DNA of 64,000 bases from Eledone cirrhosa. Its lineage: Eukaryota. Below the pieces are notes generated by a model. It was given only the letters and a program-made list of their open reading frames with translations, did no database searches and had not been told where the DNA came from. A program made the translations under genes and the position numbers. Positions within the stretch are counted from its first letter, which is position 1. Every line of letters begins with the position of its first letter. This document shows, piece after piece, positions 11,772-27,042 of this stretch. The stretch is taken from contig OZ024742.1 of the NCBI GenBank assembly GCA_964016885.1, positions 99,138,001 to 99,202,000 of the forward strand. The letters are read 5' to 3'.

Positions 11772-13562
11772 TAATGGAACGCGTCCAATCCACCGACCTA
11801 CACTGCTTCGGGCTCACCACCACTGACATCCACCAACTCCTATCCATCGTCGTCGACAACACCTACTTCGGATTCCTTGACCAAATATACCAACAAACCT
11901 CGGTATTGCCCATGGGATCAAGCCTATCAGGTGTGCTAGCGATCTCTTACATGGACAACCTCGAACGCAAGGCACTCAACGCCTGCCACCCCAACACCGT
12001 AGCCTTTTTCTCAAGGTACGTGGACGATATCCTCATCCTCACATCTTCCCAAGACACGGCGAATAGAATCTATGAGACGTTCAACAACACGGACGAGAAC
12101 ATTGACTTCAGTGTTGAACACCACAACGAAGACGGGTCACTTGCCCTCCTCGACTTACGAATCAACATCACGGAACAGGGAAGGATCCACTGCAACTTCT
12201 ACCGAAAGGCAGCCTGCAGGGACCTATTCGTTCACTACAAGTCCGCCCTCCCTAACAGTGCCAAAAGAGGATACATCACGAACGAGATCGCGCGAATCAA
12301 AAACAGATGCAGCGATCCCGCGAGTGGTGTCACTCATACCAAGCGATTCCTCGAGGTGCTGGAGACGAACGGGTACCCTACCTCGATCACAGACAGAATA
12401 GGAGACACCAGACGCAAGAGACAGAGAAGCACCCAAGGCAAGTGCTTCCTTAAAATGCCACACCTGGGCGAAAAAACCACCAACGCTATCCGCAAGGCTA
12501 TACGAAGGGAGGGCCTCGACCTCCCCCTGGCCCACTCGGGCCTCTCCCTGCGAAGATGCCTCTCCAGGAAACCCGAAAAATCTACTGACGCATGCTCCCT
12601 CAGAGACTGCCCGATACGCCATGCGAACTGTTGCCTACGCACATACGTCGTGTATAAGATAGAATGTGACAGGTGCAACCAATACTACATAGGTAGCACA
12701 ATTCGACCTTTGCACATCCGGATCAAGGAACACACTAAAACCAGGGCCTCGTCTTTCCGGAAACACATAGACAAATGCGGAAACAAAGACGGAAGGCCCA
12801 TTGTCGCAATTCTAGCGACTGAAAGAAACGTAGGCACGTTACGTATCAAGGAAGCGCTTTTTATCAAACGACTGCAACCGCAAATAAACAACCGATCAGA
12901 GAAAAGCGAAATGAGATGGCTGGTTTAAGTTAACAAGCGATGCAACAACACACAACACACACACACACACGCAAAGGAGACAACTACACACACGCACAAA
13001 CACACAGTAGCATTCCACCATACGAACATACTACACTGCCAATACGGAGGAACAAGGCAACAACACACGCACACACACACACTCAAGCGAGACAACAACA
13101 CACGCACACACACACAGTAACATTTAACAAACAGGCAGAGAATGGACTGACAGCTAGCGCCATCCCACTCCCTCATTCGGCTGCTGACCTCTGTACGACC
13201 TACCCCCATTTCACGCGCACGCGCGCTCTGCCGAATACCTCAGATATTCAAAACAACACACAGCGAAGGACGCGTTCCGGACTTGTCCGACAGACAACCT
13301 TTTCCCAAACCCAGGAAAAAAACTCCATTTGATGGATGTGATTCCGAAATATATAGGGACTATTAAATCTCTCCCAAGGTAACTCTCTCTTGTGTTGTTA
13401 TTTTTATTTTATCCTTTATACTCTTCCCTTCATTCTACACATCTCACACATCTTATACACACCACGCATCTCAACGTGCACCCACTTACATCTCTCTCTC
13501 CACCACCGGACCTTGTTACCCGGAGATTTACCCATTTGCATTGTCGAGGCTTCCAAACGACT
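11772..13562 (+). mobile_element. 5'-truncated Penelope-like retroelement (family A, copy 1) in (TA)n
   Basis: RT + Cys-rich linker + GIY-YIG ORF followed by about 630 bp of 3' pLTR; homologous to 46620-48905. Confidence 0.92.
11774..12928 (+). CDS. PLE RT (C-terminal half) + GIY-YIG endonuclease, partial
   Basis: [30 protein letters not shown]...[21 protein letters not shown]...[18 protein letters not shown]. The ORF-track start at 11666 is microsatellite read-through. Confidence 0.9.
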   Translation: MERVQSTDLHCFGLTTTDIHQLLSIVVDNTYFGFLDQIYQQTSVLPMGSSLSGVLAISYMDNLERKALNACHPNTVAFFSRYVDDILILTSSQDTANRIYETFNNTDENIDFSVEHHNEDGSLALLDLRINITEQGRIHCNFYRKAACRDLFVHYKSALPNSAKRGYITNEIARIKNRCSDPASGVTHTKRFLEVLETNGYPTSITDRIGDTRRKRQRSTQGKCFLKMPHLGEKTTNAIRKAIRREGLDLPLAHSGLSLRRCLSRKPEKSTDACSLRDCPIRHANCCLRTYVVYKIECDRCNQYYIGSTIRPLHIRIKEHTKTRASSFRKHIDKCGNKDGRPIVAILATERNVGTLRIKEALFIKRLQPQINNRSEKSEMRWLV

Positions 13563-13573
13563 TAAGGATATTT

Positions 13574-13673
<100 letters not shown>

Positions 13674-13690
13674 TATATATTATATATATA

Positions 13691-13818
<128 letters not shown>

Positions 13819-14268
13819 TATATATATGATATATGTATGTATGTATATTTTGTCTTTATGCATATACATTTTTTTTATGTATATTTATATGTTCTATATA
13901 TCAATATGTTTATATTTATGTATAGGTATATATATTATACACACCAACCTACATATACATGAAGTGTTTGTGACCTATGGTCTGTGTGTATATATATATA
14001 TATATATACACACACACATAGACACAATCAAACACACACACACACACATATATATATATATGTATTTATTAAAATAACAGATTAAAGAATCGCTGCTTTC
14101 ACCCTTAAGGTGATCTTCTGAAACTAACAAAGTCAATCTGTGAACGCAGAAGTGAACGCAGAAGTGAATATTTCAAAAAACGAAGGAATTGTGGTAAGGA
14201 ACCAGATGGACCATAACGCACCAGAGTACTCAATACTTAGGGCGGTAGAGTGGCAAATAGGAAAAAGT

Positions 14269-14353
14269 ATGACCCCGACGGCAGAGTTCAAGCCGTTTCA
14301 AAGAAGTTCAGAAATAGCCGTCGAAAGGGCTTGAGCTCTGCCGGCGGGATCAT
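14269..14353. repeat. Short fold-back hairpin (family also at 19112-19185 and 31891-32004)
   Basis: atgaccccgacggcagagttcaagccgtttc / gaaagggcttgagctctgccggcgggatcat are near reverse complements. Confidence 0.7.
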
Positions 14354-14360
14354 ACCTCGT

Positions 14361-14400
<40 letters not shown>

Positions 14401-14615
14401 CATCAGTCGAGCATAAGCTATAACTTACCACACAAAACATTGGAAGATTGTTCCACAACTGATAGCAAGAGAATAAATGATTTTACAAAAGTGAATAAAT
14501 ATATTTAGTAATAAATATATAAATAAAAAATAATAGATTTATATGTAATATATTCCACTCATGTGAAACTTTGAAAGATGTATAGGATCAGAAAAGGATT
14601 CAAATGAATATTATT

Positions 14616-14681
<66 letters not shown>

Positions 14682-14897
14682 TATAGCATATCATTATATT
14701 GCCTGTGATTTATCATGTTATCATCTGTATCATCACCACCACCATCAGTATAACTAAGAGGGAGATATATTGGGTTGAAACAGAGGCACTCTCAGACACA
14801 TATGCACGCACATATATTCATACACACACATATATATATATATATATATGCATCTCGCTTTCTCCCCCCTCTCTCTTTATATATATATATATATGTA

Positions 14898-14985
<88 letters not shown>

Positions 14986-15380
14986 ATATATAAACATATC
15001 TGTATAGATAGGTAAATTCCCAAAGGAAATTAAAGAAAATAATCTACAACTATGTCCTTTCAGTCTGATTGCATCCACTTGATGTTGTCACAGTCCTCAC
15101 ATAAATATATATCGATCCGTATATTGAGGTGCTTGTAAACTGTATAGAATAGAAGTGGGGTGAGAGCCGTATTCTGTTTTAGTTTATGTTATATTGCTTA
15201 TTCTATTCGTGTTTTTGTTGTAGTGGTAGCAGTGGTTGAAGGGGTTATTTTGCGGCGTATTTATTGTTGTTCTGATGTCATGGTTGAGTTGTGTTAGTTA
15301 TCCTTATACCCACATTTACGCACAGACAAAAACAGACACATGCATATATATCTATACACACATATGGACTTACAGATACG

Positions 15381-15474
<94 letters not shown>

Positions 15475-15556
15475 GTATATATATATTACGAGTAGATATC
15501 AGACAAGAATCAGTCAGTCAGTAATCATAAAATTAAATGAGTTGTATGTGTATGTA

Positions 15557-15627
<71 letters not shown>

Positions 15628-15812
15628 TGATTTTGATATGATCGCAAATATAGATATACGAAAGACGATTATAAAGAGATAAAAAAACATCGTATATTTG
15701 TATACATACGTACGTATATTCAGACATATTTACATATACATACTTGCATACATAAATACATATATATGTTTCTACATGCTTTCATGCAAAAATACATACA
15801 TGCACACATATA

Positions 15813-15893
<81 letters not shown>

Positions 15894-16000
15894 TGCATAC
15901 ATATATACATACATACACAAATATTTTTGTATCTCAACTTACCTATACGTGCTAAAATGGAATGTACTTTCGTCACGATTTGTATGTATTCATGCCTCTT

Positions 16001-16161
<161 letters not shown>

Positions 16162-16692
16162 GGAGTGGGGGTTGCAAAAATGACAACGCATACAATTAAA
16201 ACAAATTACAAGCCGATGGATGGATGAACATATCCCATCTAATTTAAATGTTGTATTTGCAATCGTATGATTTATCTATCGATCTCACTGTACGTTGTTT
16301 AGTGTATGTGTCTTTTACTCTAACGTTCTCCGGCCCAAGCCTCTTGCGTGTATGTACTTTACATATGATGTAAAGGCCATTCTATTTCAGTGTACTGATT
16401 TATGACAACTAGATTAAAGTTACCAGAGTTGAATAATGCCCAGGCGCATTCGCTACACGTGTATGAGTAAGTCCTTCAGCTGATGAAATAACTTGAAAAC
16501 AACATTGAAAACAGTGGCGAATCCATTCATATATATATATATGTATAATAATTCAGTTGAATAATATGAAATGTTAACATACTTCCGAAAGGGTACTTCT
16601 TGCATTTCAAATTTTCTAATCATTTGAAGAATCAGTTAATGCATTGTTATACGGATTTAATTGAACAGTTTAGCTCTTTCCTATTTTGCTAA

Positions 16693-16779
<87 letters not shown>

Positions 16780-16858
16780 ATATATATATATATATATATA
16801 CAATATATTAATAAATGGAAACTATATTTATAAAACCATACTTATTTTATTATATATA

Positions 16859-17920
16859 TTACTGGCAGTAAAGCCCGGCGTTGCTCGGGGTCGCTCAGTA
16901 GCTGTATTAAAGTTACAATGTTAAGTTTCTTTCTTGGCTTAAAAACTGTAGTGTCTACTGTGCAGACTTGCATGTGGTGCTTTTGATTAATATTCCCTCA
17001 ACCAACAATATGCCTTATGAAGTTAAGAAAACATAACGATAACCCGAATGTTATAACAAAAGAGGATGCTGGGGATAGAAACTGCACTGGTTATTTATTA
17101 ACAAAGATCGAAAATGTAAACACTGCAACGCAGAGAAAAACATTAGCGTAACCAAATTATCAGTTATGTCTGTCTGCACGCCTATATCACCTCTCTGCAC
17201 GACTGTCTGTCTGCACGCCTATATCACCTCTCTGCACGACTGTCTGTCTGCACGCCTATATCACCTCTCTGCACGACTGTCTGTCTGCACCCGTATATCA
17301 CCTCTCTGCACGACTGTCTGTCTGCACGCCTAACGACGAAATATTTGCTTGTTTTACGTAGTCTTTAAATAGACTTGTTTTCAAGTAAAAATATTGTTTT
17401 AAAATGCTTTTAAATGGAAATGAAGCAAAACGGGGTCGCTCAGTAGCTGTGTTAAAGTTACAATGTTAAGTTTCTTTTTTGGCTTAAAAACTGTAGTGTC
17501 TACTGTGCAGACTTGCATGTGGTGTTTTTGATTAATATTCCCTCAACCAACAATATGCCTTATGAAGTTAAGAAAACATAACGATAACCCGAATGTTATA
17601 ACAAAAGAGGATGCTGGGGATAAAAACTGCACTGGTTATTTATTAACAAAGACTGAGAAAGCCAGCGTAATTTTTTACGTAAGACGCTCAATGTAAACAG
17701 ACAAAGGGAAATAACTGATAACTTACGCTCAAAAATCGATACATTATATTCGATTTCGTCACATAGGGTGGGTCAATTTGAAATTTTTTTTTCCGATGTC
17801 TTCGCTAGGGCTCAATGTACAAGTATAGCAATTTCGGTGCAATTCCGTCAGAGATTCTAAGAGGAGATGTGTGCCAAAAATCGATAGACAGACAGACAAC
17901 CACAGTTTTATATATATAGA
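16859..17920 (-). mobile_element. Non-autonomous Helitron-like element
   Basis: Minus strand starts TCTATA, has a (TGTC)n stretch, and ends with the hairpin cccgagcaacgccggg then CCAGT(AA). Inserted at A|T as shown by the empty site at 18138-18150. Internal ~220-bp duplication (16887-17107 / 17431-17652). Confidence 0.75.
17167..17331. repeat. 37-bp minisatellite, about 4.4 copies
   Basis: Unit tgtctgtctgcacgcctatatcacctctctgcacgac at 17167, 17204, 17241 and 17278. Confidence 0.95.
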
Positions 17921-18469
17921 TTTCAAGGGCGACCAAGCCAATCTTGGTGCGGTTTCATCAGATAAAATACAAAATTTGTTTTATAAATAGTGACATAACC
18001 ATGGAAAACAACCTTGACAGTTGAAAATTCCGATTTTTCAACCGTCAAGGTTGTTTTCCATGGTTATGTCACTATTTATAAAACAAATTTTGTATTTTAT
18101 CTGTTGAAACCGCACCAAGATTGGCTTGGTCGCCCTTGAAATATATATAATAAAATAAGTATGGTTTCATAAATATAGTTTCTATTTATTAATATATTGA
18201 ATATTTACTCCAGTAAACTGTTGAGTGCTCTATATCAGTTATAAACTTTTAAGTTTATTGGAATCCCAACAAATTAAATATAACTCCTACATATATATAT
18301 ATATGTATATATATATGTGTGTGTGTGCGTGTGTGTCTGTGTGTGCGCGCTTGTACCGTTGAGCAGACCTCAGTGCGTTTCACTCGTTCTCGTGTTTATC
18401 AAGTCTCCAAACCACATTATTTGTAATGAGTTCTCATTCATTTTAAATTATTCGCCACATTTGTAACTA

Positions 18470-18527
<58 letters not shown>

Positions 18528-18619
18528 ACACACATTACTAAGTTTGCGTAAGTTAGAGTGACTTTTGTACCCATCGCAGTTCCTGACTGATTGTAAGTTT
18601 TACCATCGAAATAAAAAAA

Positions 18620-19110
18620 TGTTGTTTTATAAAATGTATTTTAATTCATACGAAAGAATAGAAAAAATCCAGATGGAAGTTCAGATATATGAACATTCCA
18701 AATTAAAATACGTCTTGAACTTCCTCAAACTTTTATCAGGGAATTGGAAACGTTACTTGAATGTCTGCCTTATTCTATGGTCTCATACACTCGAAAACTC
18801 GACCAACTAAATGAATTCAAACATTTTATTAACACCATATCCAATTCACAATGGAATACAGTCAAGATCAGCTCCCATTTTTGGACAACTTAATCATAAA
18901 AAAAACACAAGTATTGAATCTGACTTCCATTACAAACCAACAGTTTTTAAAGAATACCTGCTATTCACCTGCAGCCATCCAAAGCACAGGAAGACAAACA
19001 TCCATTTTATTCCACCGAGAAGAATTTGATTTGCACAATTGTCTCCAATTATGAAACGCGGAATACAAGACTTCAAAAATTAAAGGAAATGCTGCTCGAA
19101 AGAAAATACC
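18620..19110 (+). pseudogene. Decayed PLE RT fragment (Neptune-like)
   Basis: WKRYLNVCLILW, EYSQDQLPFLD and HYKPT...YLLFTCSHPKHRKTNI parallel the 44795-45289 ORF; multiple frameshifts. Confidence 0.75.
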
Positions 19111-19179
19111 CACCGTTTCGACAGCTACCTGAAACTTGTCGAAACGTCGGAGCTCGGCCGTCGGGGTCCTGACTCTTTT

Positions 19180-19257
<78 letters not shown>

Positions 19258-19266
<9 letters not shown>

Positions 19267-19762
19267 ATACTTTGGGAGGGTCACGTTGCCAATAAGAAAC
19301 ACAGGCACCAGTTGCTTTCACTTCAATTTATTATAAATTAAATTTATAAATTTAGGAATTTAAAAATTTCCGGTTGGTTGGTTGATTCCAAAACCAGATG
19401 ATTGTTCATATATTGTCAACGTTCTTTCGTCACACATTCTGTGACCTCTTCAATGACTGGGGATTAGTTTCTTTGTTTTCGTGCGTCGCCTTTGTTCTAA
19501 GCACACAACACACACAAAATCAAGATGGCGTAGGACAGAACAAAGGAGAGGAACAAAAACAAAGAAAAGAATCCATAGTCACTGAAGAGCTCACAGAAAG
19601 TGACGAAAGAACTTTGACAATATATGAACAATCATCTGGTTCCTCAAACGGAAATTTATAAATTCCTAAACTTATGAATTTAATTTATAATAAATTGAAG
19701 TGAAAGCAACTGGTGCGTGTGTTTCTTATTGGCAACATGACCCTCCCAAAGTATAACAATAT
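19258..19762. mobile_element. Fold-back HHR-bearing element (arms about 19258-19457 and 19577-19762)
   Basis: Inverted arms. Plus-strand HHR at 19578-19618: GUCA-CUGAAGA-GCUCAC-AGAAA-GUGAC-GAAA-GAAC-UU-UGAC. The left copy is degenerate (UUGAAGA). Confidence 0.8.
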
Positions 19763-19953
19763 CGGTTTCAACACACGTCTTCAGGTAAAGAATCTTGCTA
19801 AACAAATTCAGAAACGAAATATATATATATATATATCCGGTAAAACTTAAAACCAAAACTGAACACTAACCAATACTATTACTAATTTTCACTTATTCCT
19901 AATTAAACTATTTTTCACTGTGGACAATTTGTCAGCATTTTCTTTTCCGTTTA

Positions 19954-19990
<37 letters not shown>

Positions 19991-20089
19991 GCAGAGAAAT
20001 GTGAAAACTCAGCGTATGGAAGCTGTTAGCGGCACAATGCCGTCTCGAAACCCTATTTTCGAGTTAATATGTTCATATATATATATATA

Positions 20090-20156
<67 letters not shown>

Positions 20157-21455
20157 GATGGATGTATATATATATATATTTAAAGAGTTAATCTCTCTAG
20201 CGGAATATATGTACTTTTGTCTTGAAATATAATCCAATCTAGAAACTTGAAGAACCGATCACAATTTCTTAATTCATGCAGGTAAAATTTGTAATTTAAG
20301 TCCCACAATATTTTCATAACAAACGCTCGTAATATATAATGTGTGCTTGCGTGTGTGAGTTTGCGTGTGTCCGCTTGAATCGATGGACTGACTTTCGTTT
20401 TAAAAAGCAGAGTTCATCATGTCCCCAAACTACATTATTTTTATTGAGTTTGTTATAAATTATTCGCCATACACACGAACACACACACACACACATACCC
20501 CCAACACACATACACATAGACATCCACATCCGCATACACACATACAAACACACACATTTACACACACATATATGTATATATTTAATGAAACCTTCCAAAT
20601 AATCAAAAGGTCATTCATTGCATTTTTCAAACACTATTTTTGTTTCCCTTCTCTCTCTCAATATATATTTATATATATATATGATATATAAATATGTGTG
20701 TGTGTTTATGTGTGTGTTTTTGCGTGCGTGCGACAAAATTAAACGAAAATCAATAAAGCAAAAAATACAGTTCAATGCAGATATATAGTCGTTTATGTAT
20801 CTTAAAGTTTCAAACTCTAATCCTTCACCAGAAGATAGAATTAGAAATATATTTTTGAAATAAAAAAACAGAGGAGATTGAAAATGGGAAAATATATAAA
20901 ATCGCTTTTGCAGAAAAACCACGTGTATGTCCCTTTATATATCTTCTCCTTTCCTTTACCCTCTACCCTCTGTACTGCTGCATTCGTCTTTTTCAGTTTT
21001 CTATCAGTATAACTTTCTTGTATTTTGTTTCTGTATTTTTTTTCGGTCACATTCGTTATCGTCTGTTGTGTTTCTTCCCGGATTGCTATCCATTTGAGCT
21101 ATTAACGCACTGTGATGTACTGAAATGTACTGAAATGTACTGTGATGTACTGAAATCTACTGTCTGTAATGCGTTCGAAACATTAGTGATCCACAGAAGA
21201 TAGCCGATGAGCGGAATTTGTCCTTCTTTTGTCTTTTCTCTCACGTTTTATAAATAATATATATAAGGAAAAACAATGAAATCGAAATTGCAACTGGAGT
21301 CTTTTTTTTTTTTTAAATATACTTATTTGGTTCCTGTACCGGTTTCGCAGTTCTTGTGCTTTTCAAAAGTACAATTGAGATGGAGGGTTTGTGGTTTTTT
21401 TCACAGATGTGTGTGTGTGTATACATGCAGTTGAAACTCGAAAGTGTATCTATAC

Positions 21456-21569
<114 letters not shown>

Positions 21570-21769
21570 CGTATATATATGTATAAAATTCCTAAAATTC
21601 GGTGAAATACTCAAAATGACATAGAAAAGTTGATACGGCTAAAATTGCGCCAATTGATCTAGCTTGTAGATCCAGGCGGAAAAATTGGAAATGGTTTCTT
21701 CTGACGTGACATTCTTGAAGACGTGTCTGAGTCAATGACATCCCCTCGCCCCTATGAATATGTGAGGAG

Positions 21770-21862
21770 AGAAGAAGAAGAAGAAGAAGAAGAAGAAGAA
21801 GAAGAAGAAGAAGAAGAAGAAGAAGAAGAAGAAGAAGAAGAAGAAGAAGAAGAAGAAGAAGA
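21770..21862. repeat. (GAA)n microsatellite
   Basis: Direct reading. Confidence 0.98.
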
Positions 21863-22596
21863 CAACATATAAATGTGCCACATATCCCCACTTCCTTGAA
21901 AATTTCCCGGATGACGAATAAAATGTGATAACGTGTCTGACAGTCTCATGCAACTTTTGAGCTGTGACATGGTCATAGTTTAGAATGTTCATAGCAAAAT
22001 TATTGTGTTTACTATAGCTAAACATATCCTATATGCCATCATATACACCCCTGTTGGGAACCACGCTGTGTTAGTACCGATGTTAATTTTCCAACAAGAA
22101 ATATATAAACGCGCTGCTTATATCGGCTATAATTTATAGTTCTATCCTGATACGGATATAATAATTTGCATATTATTAATGCTCATGTCTTAATTGAGAT
22201 ATATGTTAAGTCGTGTGCTAGGCAACCGTAGTATATTATATGCTATGTTGGTATATAGAGAGTATACATGTAACCGCGAATAAGCCCCATTTTATATATA
22301 TACTACATATATGACCGCAAATAAAATGAAATTGAATACATCAGTTTCTAGTTATAACTATACGTGGTACGCTAGATAGATAAGATCCTTGGTTACGATA
22401 TCTCTGTCGTTCTATAGATGATATACATACCTTCCCATAAGAAAACTATGTTTGAAAATGGATTAAAGCTGTTATCTTTACAATCTACAGGGAAATACTT
22501 ATATTTGGCATGTTTACGTATATTTGGCATGCTAAAAAATGAGTAAATTTATAGGTTCATTTACGCAGCAATATATATATATACGCCAAAAAGATG

Positions 22597-22662
<66 letters not shown>

Positions 22663-23896
22663 CATTTTCTGCGTACTATTCCAGAAACATCCGTATTTCT
22701 TTCTTCATGAAATCTCTTTATTGACAGAGTGTTTGTAAAAAGATTCAGGAACATTTTGATTGTCTTCAGTGGTTGGAACATCTCCAAATGATTTTGTTAA
22801 GTTTGTTCATTGTATTTTCATTGTATTTCTTTCTGCTGACAGATTTTAAAGAAGTAGTGTATCTCATATCTGAAATAGGGTAGAACCCTAAAAGATTTGG
22901 CAATAGCCCAATATGATGCAACTCATAAGGTTAAAATCATTTCCATTACTTCAAGATATCCATGATGTTATATTTGCTGGTGTTGTTAGTGATGTTATCA
23001 ATGTTGTCGTATTTTTTCTTTACTGTTGATTGTTTATCGTTCGGTTAATGATTATCTATGTTTGCTCCACTCACGCAAGCGTGTTCCATGGATCAGTGGT
23101 TCCAAATTTACCGACTCCATCAATCTCGACAGCTGCAAAAGTGCTGAAGCAACTTAATCATTTCGTTACTATATGTCGCATGAAAGACACTACCTATATC
23201 TCTCAGATAATTTTGAAAATAGTCCGGAATATGGAAGACATAATGTATCATATTATTAAACGGATGTTTAGAATATAACTTAATAAAATTATTACATACA
23301 ATTATCATGGATAGATTTAGATCACCATACTCAATTTTACAAACTTGGACCTTAATATTGGGGTTGGTTTCAAGCGGTTTGGTTTTGGGAGAGTTCTGAA
23401 ATAAATCTTGCTTACTAAAAGTAAAATCAATCTCGTGAAATCAGCGAAGCTGACGATCGTAATCTGTTCAAATATCAGAGGGTTTCCATAGATTTGTCAT
23501 TGAAGCTCTATTCTGCAGTGTAGCGACCTTTCTACTGTATCCGTTATGACCATGACTCGGCATATGTCCGATGTTCTGCTCGTCTGAGAGATAAGTTAGA
23601 ACCAAGAGAGGTATGGGTATTGCAGTGAAAACCTTTCGCCGGGTCGTTCGTGCCGACACTCTTTACAAGAAAGAACGCCGTCAATATCCCGCCCCAGCTC
23701 AGCTAATTTCAGGTTAAATTAACGGCAGCGATTTTATTAGACGCTCTATATTTATTATTGATGACAGAATAATAACCCCCCCCCCCTCTCTCTCTCTCTC
23801 CATCTATATATTTTTCTCTAATTTTCACGCACCACTAATGCAGTATATGTCACTCCCAGTGTATATAAATATGTAACCTACATATATATTTACATA

Positions 23897-23985
23897 AAGA
23901 AGAAGAAGAAGAAGAAGAAGAAGAAGAAGAAGAAGAAGAAGAAGAAGAAGAAGAAGAAGAAGAAGCAGAAGAAGAAGAAGAAGAA
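23897..23985. repeat. (GAA)n microsatellite
   Basis: Direct reading; one GCA interruption. Confidence 0.98.
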
Positions 23986-25464
23986 ATTAATTTCGATCCA
24001 GATTTTAACATATGTTATTCTTCACAGAAATGAAAATAGAAGTCTACAAATGAATCAATTGTATTTTATCTTATATTTAGTGTAGAACATTGTATTTTAC
24101 TGTGCTGGTTTCAACTTCTTATCAATGTTAATTTTGTATTTAATTTTTAATTATCTTTTCGAGCTTGCTCTGATTTGTTCGAAGCGATCACTGCACCCAT
24201 CAGGAACTTTCAGGAAGTCAGTAAGACAGATTTTCCTGTTTGTAGAGAACTATTTATTGCAAGCAATATATCACTAATTAGTTTTTTGATTAGTTTTCTT
24301 GCAATGTCCGGCAAATCACATCCATCTCCCTATGATGCCATCAGTATTTACAAAAAGATTGATGTACAGTCTGTATTTGGTCGAATGTCTTTTCCATGAA
24401 TATTCAGAACAGCCCGTAACAAGCGATTGTAAAGTAAATCAAGCTTTGATTACAGGTGTTTCATGCATTAATTCGACAGTGACACAGAAAAACTGTCTGT
24501 TAAGATAATATGATAGTGTTGAGGATAGTAAGACAATCAAGTTCCACTCATGGTATTAATGTCATCAATCTACATATGATTAGATTTTGTAAAACAAAAA
24601 AAAAATATGTGATTGAAGAAATAGAGTATCAAGAAGCTACTCAAGATTTGGTGGTTCAAAATGACTTACCAGCATCTCGTTGTGACTATATTTAAGAGAC
24701 CGAACGCTGCATTGTCAAGTCCAATTAGCTCTCAATTATAACTGCAAATTAATATATTTTCTGAATGCAAGTAATAGACACATTGGCAATTTACTCAGAA
24801 TCTTGTTATATATGTTTCAAATCCTCTGCTAACGTATAGTTTAGTAACTTTCTGTGCTTTATTTAATCATGGAAGGTTAATATATATAACAGATAATACA
24901 ATGGGATTTTGTCAGAAATCAGTGCATATATACAATCAAATTTCTTAAATTTTATAATACCAGGAAGTTAGGGAAAAATAAATAAGACAAAGTTGGACCA
25001 TTGAATTGTAGGTTTGGTCCATCTGACTGGCCTCCAATCATTTTCCCTCTGCACAACTTCACTCACAACGCTATGCGTGATCGATGCCCAGACATTCTAA
25101 TCTCGAAGCAACCTTATTAACCACTCAGCCATGTCCGTATCCACTGATATAAACGTAAAAAAGCAGTGAACATCAGGAAATAATTGGCTTTCTAGTAATT
25201 GTATATCACATAATTCCAGCAGCAAACTCCATATATATTTTTCCTATTTTTTTTTCATTATAAAAGCAATTTCCTTCTATTGCAAATATGCATTCTTCGT
25301 TCTAAGTAAATTTAAGTGTTTTTTTAATTATCAGAAAATGAACAGAACCTATGACATTCTAGATGAAAAGATGTGCCTCCGTACAAACTTTCTGCTACTT
25401 AGGTGAAAAACTGTGGGCTACAACTTGGAACATATATAGATGCATACATACAGGCATGCATCTG

Positions 25465-25550
<86 letters not shown>

Positions 25551-25552
25551 TA

Positions 25553-25637
<85 letters not shown>

Positions 25638-25949
25638 TGTATATATATATATATATATTGAAAGTTGTTTCTTTTTTGTGTTTTATTTGGCAATATGTAG
25701 CATAATTGGATGCAACTTGCCATTTCTCTTAACCTTTGAACAATGAAAACCATTGAACTGTGTAAGTATATAATAGTTGTTGACTGTACAAAATTATAAA
25801 AGTCTGCACTTGGTGCATTGTGGTATTTGTGTGAGAAAACAGAACGTTATATAAAAAATATGTACGTTATTTCGCCATATCGATGATGGCAGTTGTTTAA
25901 CCAAAATAATTTACAATACTAACACGTAATCATTAATGTTTATATCGAG

Positions 25950-26268
25950 GGTTGAATCGTTAGAGCGTCGGACAAATGTTTCGCAATATTTCTTCCAGCT
26001 CTTTACGTTCTGATTTAAAATTCTTCCTGGTCATCTTTGCCTGTTATCCTTTCGGGAGCTAATAAAATAAGGTACTAGCCTCGTACTTGGGTCAATTTAA
26101 ATGACTTTTCCTTTCCCCAAATTACTGCCGATGGATTAACGGAGTTATTAGAGTGTCAGACAACATGCTTTGTGGCATATATTTACGTCCCTTTACGTTC
26201 TGAGTTCAAATTTCTCCGAGATTAGCTTCACCTTTCATCATTACGGAGTCGATCACATAAAGTATCAG
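25950..26268 (+). mobile_element. Two adjacent diverged SINE copies
   Basis: gaatcgttagagcgtcggaca...ctttacgttctga, then gttattagagtgtcagacaac...ctttacgttctgagttcaaat. Confidence 0.7.
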
Positions 26269-27042
26269 ACACTCACAGACAACGTCCTATCGACACCAGG
26301 CCGCTCTTATGTTCTCCCTTCTACCTACTACTCCCGCTGCTACTCCGGTTTACTGCCACATCCGTGACCCACTATTTTATTTTATTATGTTTTGTCCTTT
26401 TTCTCTCTCTCTACCCCCGCCTTCTACTTTCTGCTCGGGTTGACACTTCCTTTTGCTGCCACTACGACCGCCCGTTCTTTTCTATTTTTTGTTCTTTCTA
26501 TCAGGTTCTTGGCGTCATTGTGTATATATATGTGTACATATGGGTGCATATGTACATACGTATATATGTAGGTATTGGTGCCCGAGTAGCTACCTGGGCT
26601 GTATATGTGTGTATCTATATACACATGTAGCATTACCTGATGGTAAAACTTACAAATATCTGGGTATAGACACACATTCATACGTATATGTCTGGGCGAT
26701 TCTGGATCACAGAGTAGGAATGTGCGGGAGGGCGTGAACCATAGTTATATACCTAGAATAGCACTATTAACATTGTTATAATTATTCTCAGTATTACTAT
26801 TATTATCATCACTTTACTTTATTTTACTCCATCACGAAATGTCATTACCTTATGTTTTCATAACAATGGTTTCTCCCCTAGTCTATATATTCTCTCACTT
26901 ATTTTTCATCGAGTTTACCTCTAGTGTATTACTCATATCTATACTCATACCTACCACAATTATCACCTGATAACTTATCCACATTATGTTTTTACATGAT
27001 GCCTTTATTTCACGTGCTATTTTATATATCACGTTTTATATA

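Larger units (their letters stand above)
16801..18199. mobile_element. Fold-back HHR-bearing solo pLTR (arms 16801-16858 + 17921-18027 and 18035-18199), left arm interrupted by a Helitron-like element
   Basis: Near-perfect inverted repeat once 16859-17920 is removed; HHR at 18093-18157 has a CUGUUGA variant core; left copy CUGAUGA at 17955-17961 (minus). Confidence 0.85.

Noticed and set aside
12072-12891. Overlapping and antisense ORFs within PLE and LINE coding regions
   Set aside because: Shadow frames of GC-richer retroelement coding sequence.
16478-16515. CTGATGA...GAAA near 16480
   Set aside because: No stem I partner or UH site found.
17167-17331. 37-bp repeats of CRISPR-like length
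   Set aside because: Contiguous tandem copies without spacers, inside a Helitron-like element.
20797-21375. Hammerhead-like remnants (CUGGUGA near 20825; GAAACCGGUA near 21337-21346, both minus)
   Set aside because: Core nucleotides are mutated and stems incomplete; not counted.
23470-23700. GC-richer island as a possible exon or promoter
   Set aside because: No recognisable protein motif or consistent splice and frame support.
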